From Patescibacteria group bacterium (GTDB lineage: Bacteria; Patescibacteriota; Patescibacteriia; 2-01-FULL-39-33): a stretch of 13,335 nucleotides of DNA. The translations under genes and the position numbers were made by a program. Positions 7,855 through 13,335 of the stretch are shown here, in pieces. The stretch lies in the NCBI GenBank assembly GCA_041662745.1, contig JBAZRV010000009.1, positions 1 through 13,335 on the forward strand. The letters are read 5' to 3'. The notes beneath the pieces were generated by a model. The model did not search any database and was not told the origin of the DNA. It worked only from the letters and a program-made list of their open reading frames with translations. The stretch's first letter is position 1; the number at the start of each line of letters is the position of its first letter.

Positions 7855-7883
7855 ATTATACAGTAAAATTTAACAAAAGTCAA
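7855..7883 (-). promoter_or_regulatory. Consensus promoter for typA
   Basis: The minus strand has TTGACT (7878-7883), a 17-bp spacer and TATAAT (7855-7860), only 9 nt before the ATG. Confidence 0.85.
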
Positions 7884-7893
7884 GGATTTTGCC

Positions 7894-7925
7894 AAAATAA
7901 AAGGCATCGCCAAGAGGGCAATGCC
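7894..7925 (-). terminator. Intrinsic terminator downstream of the 7939..9018 gene
   Basis: Minus strand GGCATTGCCCTCTTGGCGATGCCTTTTATTTT: interrupted stem GGCAT/ATGCC plus GCC/GGC, then a T-rich tract. Confidence 0.65.
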
Positions 7926-7938
7926 GTAAAATGAGCTA

Positions 7939-9018
7939 TTATTTCAATGCCGGAGTTGACACTGCCGGCAGGGAGGAAGTCCCGCACAAGGTGCAGCCGG
8001 AGCAAGGTTCTTCCGCTTCAGCCGGATCATCCTTTTTATCCGGTTTATTTTCTGGCTGCGATCGACCGGTCTTACCGTGGTGTTTGAGCATTTTCTCTAA
8101 TTCCTGACGGCGCGGATCCCAATCAGGCAACCAGGTCATCCGTGGCAACCATTTTTCCGCTAATGACAGCCTTAGTCTCTGCGCTTCTTGGGACTGAATG
8201 AAACGCTTGCTCTCCTTAATGCCGTCAAGGCAATCAAGAAGCAACGTCAGAAGATCTTTTTGCCGCAATTCAACTTTCTCAACTAATTCTTTTTTTTCTA
8301 ATTTGGCTGAGGCCAACCAAATACTGCGCTTGATAAAACTAATCAAAACATCAAAAATAATATGGCCGCTGCTTCCACTGTTTAATTCCTTTGGCAAAAA
8401 TCCTATCTCTTTAAGCAAGACAAAGGCCTTGCGCCAATCACAGACAATCCGATTGCCTTCCTGGTCGCGTATTTCTATCAACCAACCCTCCGGCGCGCTT
8501 ATGGATGATTTGACTTTGTCCACGTAGCGGAAAGACAACTTAATATTATTCGTTTGAACAAGCAAACTTCTAAATAACCGGCTGAGTCGTTGTCGGCAAG
8601 AGTTAAACCGTTGATCAGCGAACCAGCCGCCCAAAATTAATACGATATAAAAATGCTTTTCGGGTTTTATTTCCCTGATCGTCTGTTCAAGGCACCGATA
8701 AGTAGTCAAATAAAAACTCTCATCCGACAAGTCTTGGTTTCGTCTAATAATTAAAATATACCCGCGGATATTGCGCCGATAATATTCTTTCCAAAAACTA
8801 AGCGGTGGACCGAACAATATATAACTGATACCGATCACACAGACGCCGGTAAGCAACTTCCAACCAATGCCGGCGGCGAGATATGCCTGTCCAAGCGCCA
8901 CAAACATCATGACAAACCCAAAACTAATAAAAATAACAGAAAGAAAAAATCTGCGTCCTCCGTGCGGTATGGGGGCGTAATTGGGGACCTGGGTTTCCGC
9001 TATCTTCTTTTGGACCAT
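7939..9018 (-). CDS. Hypothetical membrane protein with C-terminal CxxCxxC tail
   Basis: ORF of 359 aa with SD TAGGAGGATC. TM segments FFLSVIFISFGFVMMFVALGQAYLAAG and WKLLTGVCVIGISYILFG. The tail is ...KKDDPAEAEEPCSGCTLCGTSSLPAVSTPALK. Confidence 0.8.
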   Translation of the reverse strand: MVQKKIAETQVPNYAPIPHGGRRFFLSVIFISFGFVMMFVALGQAYLAAGIGWKLLTGVCVIGISYILFGPPLSFWKEYYRRNIRGYILIIRRNQDLSDESFYLTTYRCLEQTIREIKPEKHFYIVLILGGWFADQRFNSCRQRLSRLFRSLLVQTNNIKLSFRYVDKVKSSISAPEGWLIEIRDQEGNRIVCDWRKAFVLLKEIGFLPKELNSGSSGHIIFDVLISFIKRSIWLASAKLEKKELVEKVELRQKDLLTLLLDCLDGIKESKRFIQSQEAQRLRLSLAEKWLPRMTWLPDWDPRRQELEKMLKHHGKTGRSQPENKPDKKDDPAEAEEPCSGCTLCGTSSLPAVSTPALK

Positions 9019-9219
9019 GTTCTGATCCTCCTATTGTTACCGACCCCGATTCAAAACAAAATCGGAGTGGGCAGCGCGATGAGTTGGCCTTGCGCCAACC
9101 GATCCGCCGAATTAACCGGAAATGCCTAACCTCACATTGGCTAAGTTTTCCGGTTCAAACGCAAATTGTAACGAGCTGTTTCGCTTAAATAACAAGCAAA
9201 AGCTTCATTCAAGCTTACC

Positions 9220-9259
9220 AAAAAACCGGCGCCATGTCAATGGTCTGACCTTACGCCGG
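9220..9259 (-). terminator. Intrinsic terminator downstream of the 9274..9627 gene
   Basis: Minus strand CCGGCG-taag-GTCA-gaccat-TGAC-atgg-CGCCGG-TTTTTT: two stem segments around a symmetric internal loop, then T6. Confidence 0.7.
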
Positions 9260-9273
9260 CGGAAAATTGCCGA

Positions 9274-9627
9274 TTAAGCCATCTTTTTGAATTTAACCGT
9301 AAAAATCGGTTCATATTCAATCTCGTATTCATCCTTGACTTTGACGGTTTCGCCCTTGACCAATTGATTCAAGGCGATGTCCGACAAAACGGTGTAATCC
9401 GATTCCAAATCTATTTTTAAATCATCTATCTTGGTCAACTCGGAGGATAATTGCGCTTTAACGTCGTTTTCAATTTTCTTTTTCCGATCTCTTAATTCTT
9501 TAAGTTCATCCGTGATTTTCTTATACTCCAGCAGATTAACCAAGGCATCGCGATAAACATCTTTGAGTTTCTTTTGTTCTTTCTTGGTTTCCCTGATACG
9601 GCTGAACACTTCCTGCAAGTTGGACAT
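9274..9627 (-). CDS. Hypothetical coiled-coil protein
   Basis: ORF of 117 aa with a Lys/Glu-rich heptad-like region (RIRETKKEQKKLKDVYRDALVNLLEYKKITDELKELRDRKKKIENDVKAQL), followed by a KVKDEYEIEYEPIFTVKFKK end. Confidence 0.75.
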   Translation of the reverse strand: MSNLQEVFSRIRETKKEQKKLKDVYRDALVNLLEYKKITDELKELRDRKKKIENDVKAQLSSELTKIDDLKIDLESDYTVLSDIALNQLVKGETVKVKDEYEIEYEPIFTVKFKKMA

Positions 9628-9681
9628 AATTAAATAAATGAAAAGTTAATAATTAATAAGCGATCTAAAACGACAGAAAAA

Positions 9682-10944
9682 TTATTGAGCGATGGCCAAC
9701 CAACCGGCGGATAATATTTTGGCCACGATGCTGTTTCTCTGTGGCAAGGACGCGGCATGCAATACTACGATTATCCGACCGTCTTTGGCAATGGCGGCAT
9801 TGCGTTGCGCCTCCACCAAGTAACCGGTTTTGGAAGCAACCGGATCAAACGCCAACAGGGAATAATTGCGATTTGACACTCCGACATTACGCAATGATCC
9901 GTCAGCCTGTTCCACGGCAAAGGTATAATCAGTAAATCGAGTGGCTGAAGCTATGAGCTCAGTATCAAAAGCAACCTTGGCGATAACCGCAAACTCTTCA
10001 GCGGTAGAAATATTATCGGCCGACAAACCGGACATCTCTTCAAAATGAGTCTTAACCAAGCCCAATTCTTTGGCCTTATCGTTCATCTTCTTAACGAACT
10101 CTGCCCGGGTTAAACCGCTGTTATCGGCCAGAATCACCGCCGATTGATTGGAGGAAGCGGTCAGCATGGAAATCCATAAATCCATCATTCTAACCTTATC
10201 GCCGGCCTTCAAATTAACTTCGCTGGTGGAACCGCAGGGTTGCAAGGTGCAGGGATAATGTATCTCTTCCGGCGTGATCTCAATAATTTTATTCCAATCA
10301 ATGCTCCGGTCTTTTAAGACTAGGGCGGTCATAACCTTTGACAGCGACGCTAAAGGCAAAATGGCTTGGCTATGATAACTGTTTTCATATTTCTTGCCAT
10401 CGTAACTGACATAAGCGATGTCATTATAAAGCGGATCATAGGTGAATTGCGAATCATTCATCGGCACCTGGCGCAAACTGGCATCGGTGGCTCTCAGGCC
10501 GATGGTTTTGGAAGCGTCAAAAACCTTATTAAAGGTGGCGACGCGGTAGGCATAGCCGTTGCTTGGATTAATATAATATATTTCCGATCTCTGACTGTCT
10601 AAAAAGACGAATCTGCCGGAATATTTATTAAGGAAGGAGGCGGAAAGTTTTCTTTTGGCGGTGAACTTGGCGACGTCGGCCTTGGCGATATCTATTCCGA
10701 CTCGGGCGATCACTTCATACAGTTCCACGTCATTTTCTACAATATAGCGCGACTTGCCATCGGGAGCGATATACCAAAAACGATTATTGGTCTTGGCTTG
10801 TATGGCTAAGCGGCCGGATAATTGCGCTGCGGTATAGCTCTTATATGCTACCACCGGCTTTTTGGCGGCGGCAAAAACACCTGACGGCATGATCATTGCC
10901 GTGGACAAGGTGAAAAATAAAATATATGAGATGATTTTTTTCAT
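9682..10944 (-). CDS. Secreted D-alanyl-D-alanine carboxypeptidase-like serine hydrolase (peptidase S11-like) with N-terminal tandem repeats
   Basis: Motifs SLSKVMTA (SxxK), SSN (ASSNQSAV) and KTG (ASKTGYLVEA). A signal peptide is evident if translation starts at the ATG at 10942-10944 (MKKIISYILFFTLSTAMIMPSGVFAAA). The TTG start at 10953 in the ORF track is less likely. A possible SD AGGAT precedes the ATG. Confidence 0.88.
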   Translation of the reverse strand: MKKIISYILFFTLSTAMIMPSGVFAAAKKPVVAYKSYTAAQLSGRLAIQAKTNNRFWYIAPDGKSRYIVENDVELYEVIARVGIDIAKADVAKFTAKRKLSASFLNKYSGRFVFLDSQRSEIYYINPSNGYAYRVATFNKVFDASKTIGLRATDASLRQVPMNDSQFTYDPLYNDIAYVSYDGKKYENSYHSQAILPLASLSKVMTALVLKDRSIDWNKIIEITPEEIHYPCTLQPCGSTSEVNLKAGDKVRMMDLWISMLTASSNQSAVILADNSGLTRAEFVKKMNDKAKELGLVKTHFEEMSGLSADNISTAEEFAVIAKVAFDTELIASATRFTDYTFAVEQADGSLRNVGVSNRNYSLLAFDPVASKTGYLVEAQRNAAIAKDGRIIVVLHAASLPQRNSIVAKILSAGWLAIAQ

Positions 10945-11004
10945 ATCTGACAATCCTATTTTAACACAATCGCCTCAGCCGGGCAAATTTAGTCTTTACT
11001 GAAT

Positions 11005-11032
11005 TAAAAAACCCCACCTTAACGGGGGTTTA
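11005..11032 (-). terminator. Intrinsic terminator overlapping the stop of the 11030..11539 gene
   Basis: Minus strand TAAACCCCCGTTAAGGTGGGGTTTTTTAATTC: GC-rich stem then a T-run. Confidence 0.75.
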
Positions 11033-11539
11033 AAAGTTCCATTCTATATCTTCCGGCGGCGGATAACGGGAATCGGTGGTTTCGGGAATTTTAGCCACGA
11101 TAAAATCCTCTGCCAATTTCCTGTCGCGGGGGCTTAGATTAGACAAGACATATTCATGGCCTTTGTCGTACCGATCAAAAAAAGTCAAGGTGCTGGATTC
11201 GGCTAAAAACCAAGGCAGCCAAGACGAGTGAATCTTAAAGGGAACCCGGGAAGAGGAAACTTCGATATGAACCGTATGCAGCTCTCGCCACCTATAGACT
11301 CCCGTATCATTCCAGACGCCGGAAACAGTCAAATGATCAGGATATAATCCCAGCTGGCAAAAAGATTGTTTGATAATTCCGTCTAAAACCCAAAGAACAA
11401 ACAGGGCCGTCAACCCATCAAGCAATAAATGATTTTCCGGCAAATAACCGTAAAAAATCAAAGTCAACCAAACTGCGGGGAAAAACATCAGCCACAAAAG
11501 CTTATTAGCCAACGTTTGCCAAGGCGGTTTAAGCTGCAT
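11030..11539 (-). CDS. Hypothetical membrane protein with two TM helices and a PH-like C-terminal region
   Basis: ORF with hydrophobic helices LLWLMFFPAVWLTLIFYGYL and LLLDGLTALFVLWVLDGII. Start reassigned to the ATG at 11537-11539 because AAGAGGAGGATTAATCATG gives a strong SD. The ORF-track TTG start at 11572 lies inside a terminator hairpin. Confidence 0.75.
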   Translation of the reverse strand: MQLKPPWQTLANKLLWLMFFPAVWLTLIFYGYLPENHLLLDGLTALFVLWVLDGIIKQSFCQLGLYPDHLTVSGVWNDTGVYRWRELHTVHIEVSSSRVPFKIHSSWLPWFLAESSTLTFFDRYDKGHEYVLSNLSPRDRKLAEDFIVAKIPETTDSRYPPPEDIEWNF

Positions 11540-11559
11540 GATTAATCCTCCTCTTGCCA

Positions 11560-11589
11560 AAAATGACGCCAAAGATCTGGCGTCATTTT
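11560..11589 (-). terminator. Intrinsic terminator downstream of the 11617..12465 gene
   Basis: Perfect 12-bp inverted repeat AAAATGACGCCA-AAGATC-TGGCGTCATTTT with A/T ends on both strands. Confidence 0.88.
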
Positions 11590-11616
11590 AACACAAATAA
11601 ATCTGATGTCAACCGC

Positions 11617-12465
11617 CTAATAGCCGGGCGGTATAATGCTGCCGGCGTCAAGATAATTAACTTCGGGTATGATTTGAATGCTGTCAATCGTCGGCAAATC
11701 CTGGGCCCAATTCATCTCAATCGTCCTGGTTTCCAATGATTCCAAACGGGTGATGGCGGCATAGTTGACGGCAACGATTGACCCCCGGCTATAAAGCAGG
11801 GCGATGGCGTTAACCTGCCAATAACCGTAGGAAGAGTCATTGGTGATATCAAAGCTTATTCGCGACGGTTCGCCGAGCTTGGCCGGGGGCGAATATTGTT
11901 CATTTTCAATAACAAAACGATCACGGGCGTTTTTTAGAGCGGAAAAATTCGCTATTTTCTGCCAACGAAAATTTTCAGCGGTAAAATTCGCTTGCGCGCT
12001 ATCCGAACCGATGCCGATAAGATACTTATCGGCGCCGGGCAAAATGAAGCCGGAGCGAGCCGGGGAAGTTGAGCCATTGGCGTTTAAACGATAATCAAAC
12101 AATCCCAGCCAATCAGTATTGGGATTTCTGGCTTCTACGGCTAGATCATAATGGCCGGAAGCGGCGGGCAACACTATCACTTCGGAAAATTTCAAGGGTT
12201 GGGGCCGGCTTTGATCCAGAATTACCTGAGCGGCTGAAGGCGAATGCAGCATATTGGCCGCTTCAGTATTCAAACGGTTAAAATCCAACAGGTAAGTGAT
12301 TAAGCCGTATAAAGCGTAAAGCCAAAACAAAACAGCCACGGCGATCAAAAATATAATCAACGACCGGCGCAAAAATAATTTATTGGTAACATACCAATAA
12401 CTCCACTTGAGTTGCTTGCTGGTCAATTCGCTTGAGGGAATAGACGGGATGTTTGCTTCTTCCAT
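11617..12465 (-). CDS. Hypothetical single-pass membrane protein with a large extracytoplasmic domain
   Basis: ORF of 282 aa. TM segment FLRRSLIIFLIAVAVLFWLYALYGLITYLL after a short cytoplasmic N terminus, then a beta-rich region. Confidence 0.75.
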   Translation of the reverse strand: MEEANIPSIPSSELTSKQLKWSYWYVTNKLFLRRSLIIFLIAVAVLFWLYALYGLITYLLDFNRLNTEAANMLHSPSAAQVILDQSRPQPLKFSEVIVLPAASGHYDLAVEARNPNTDWLGLFDYRLNANGSTSPARSGFILPGADKYLIGIGSDSAQANFTAENFRWQKIANFSALKNARDRFVIENEQYSPPAKLGEPSRISFDITNDSSYGYWQVNAIALLYSRGSIVAVNYAAITRLESLETRTIEMNWAQDLPTIDSIQIIPEVNYLDAGSIIPPGY

Positions 12466-12473
12466 ATATTTTT

Positions 12474-12479
12474 ATTATA
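12474..12479 (-). promoter_or_regulatory. Extended -10 element (TGGTATAAT) for the 11617..12465 gene
   Basis: The minus strand reads CTTATGGTATAATAAAAATATATGG: TGnTATAAT ending 8 nt before the ATG. Confidence 0.6.
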
Positions 12480-12493
12480 CCATAAGCCAAAAT

Positions 12494-12521
12494 AAAAGTG
12501 GAGATTTTATTCTCCGCTTTT
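12494..12521 (-). terminator. Intrinsic terminator downstream of recO
   Basis: AAAAGTGGAGA-TTTTAT-TCTCCGCTTTT: 11-position stem (one G/T wobble or mismatch depending on strand) with an A/T-run. Confidence 0.8.
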
Positions 12522-12540
12522 GATCCTCGCCCATCGCCGC

Positions 12541-13101
12541 TCATTCTTGTTGTAATAAAGAATAAAAAGATTTTAATTCTTTATCCCCCGCTTCGGTTAT
12601 CAGCCGGCCCAGCTCTGAAGTCAGTTGTTTTTGAGAGCGTGATTTCAGCTGCGGCCGCCAACCCAAATGCGACAGCAAATCATACGCGGCCCGATTAAAT
12701 ATCAAACGTTGCTGTTTGCCGTCTAAAGCTTCATTAAGCTGAACAAAAAAATTGTTCAATAAATAAAATAATTCCTGATCCGGCGACTGGCCGGGAGTCA
12801 AAAGATCAACTGTTTCCAGGTAGGCCAAAGCATAAACGGCCCGACTCGGCTCCCGATAAACCGCTTTAAAAACCCGGGCAATACTGGCGCCGGCCAAACG
12901 GAAAACCCCGCTGCCGGGCGCGGCCGTCAATCTGGTCAAGCAAAAAAACTCCAGATGCGACCGGAGTTTGGAGGTAATTTTCTTAGCGCCCTTGGCCACG
13001 ACAATGATTTTGCCGGCGTCCCTGGTATAGGCCGTAACCGCCAGGTCATAATCGCCGCGAGGCGCTTGGCGCAAGATGTAGGCATCGGTTAAAAAAGTCA
13101 T
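12541..13101 (-). CDS. recO: DNA repair protein RecO, short form
   Basis: ORF of 186 aa, MTFLTDAYILRQAPRGDYDLAVTAYTRDAGKIIVVAKGAKKITSKLRSHLEFFCLTRLTAAPGSGVFRLAGASIARVF. It has the RecO N-terminal OB-fold pattern and a helical middle (ALAYLETVDLLTP). Confidence 0.82.
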   Translation of the reverse strand: MTFLTDAYILRQAPRGDYDLAVTAYTRDAGKIIVVAKGAKKITSKLRSHLEFFCLTRLTAAPGSGVFRLAGASIARVFKAVYREPSRAVYALAYLETVDLLTPGQSPDQELFYLLNNFFVQLNEALDGKQQRLIFNRAAYDLLSHLGWRPQLKSRSQKQLTSELGRLITEAGDKELKSFYSLLQQE

Positions 13102-13335
13102 CGGTTGCTGTCCAAATATGATTGAAGCATGATCATAGCCGCCAAATCGTCATCCTTAGCGCCGGGACGCAATTTTTGCGCCTCCTGGGAGGAAAAACGT
13201 TCATCATGCAAAATTATCTCCGCCTGGGTGTGGTCGGCCAACTCTTCGCTAAAACGCCTGACATTTTCCGTTTGATTGGACGACTCGGCTCGAGTATTAA
13301 TAGGCAGACCCACTACCACTCTGCCCGCATCTTCA
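13098..13335 (-). CDS. ruvX: Putative Holliday junction resolvase / pre-16S rRNA nuclease RuvX (YqgF), 5' end beyond the window
   Basis: EDAGRVVVGLPINTRAESSNQTENVRRFSEELADHTQAEIILHDERFSSQEAQKLRPGAKDDDLAAMIMLQSYLD. Motifs VVGLP and DERFSSxxA are family-specific. The frame stays open to base 13335, so the GTG at 13319 is not the true start. Overlaps recO by 4 nt (ATGA). Confidence 0.85.
   Translation of the reverse strand, partial: EDAGRVVVGLPINTRAESSNQTENVRRFSEELADHTQAEIILHDERFSSQEAQKLRPGAKDDDLAAMIMLQSYLDSNR

Noticed and set aside
2520-9242. 10-mer ATGTCAATGG at both ~2520 and ~9233, each near the 3' end of a minus-strand gene
   Set aside because: Only two copies with dissimilar flanks. It is compatible with chance in 13 kb and not enough to claim a repeat family.
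9741-10602. Plus-strand ORFs 9741..9935 and 10366..10602
   Set aside because: They are antisense to the carboxypeptidase-like gene and look like shadow ORFs.
1-13335. Possible defence island, CRISPR, prophage or mobile element
   Set aside because: I found no spaced direct repeats, transposase/integrase motifs, effector nuclease domains or phage structural genes. The tRNA-Pro has no adjacent integrase or att-like duplication visible.

Overview
This 13.3 kb window looks like an ordinary, compact bacterial chromosomal segment. The overall style (short genes, many small membrane proteins, a WYI-P repeat on a cell-wall enzyme, a short RecO) suggests a Patescibacteria/CPR-like genome, but that is inference. 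I support one tRNA-Pro(CGG) and about 15 protein genes. Recognisable products are a SPOUT rRNA/tRNA methyltransferase, a GT-B-like protein, HU, a TrmB-like regulator, a CoaD-like nucleotidyltransferase fused to a P-loop kinase, a DUF3307-like membrane protein, TypA/BipA, a D-Ala-D-Ala carboxypeptidase-like protein, RecO, and RuvX/YqgF cut by the window edge. The rest are hypothetical membrane or coiled-coil proteins. I see no CRISPR array, transposon, prophage or recognisable defence system. The items most worth a second look are: (a) the bifunctional PPAT-kinase fusion; (b) a perfect 20-bp palindrome between the -10 element and start codon of the TrmB-like regulator; (c) a self-contained unit of two overlapping small membrane-protein genes that share a C-terminal WWE...LI(D/N)SGxA motif; (d) three genes with TATAAT only 8-9 nt from the ATG, implying leaderless mRNAs; (e) a structured ~200 nt leader; and (f) a duplicated WYI-P repeat on the carboxypeptidase-like protein.
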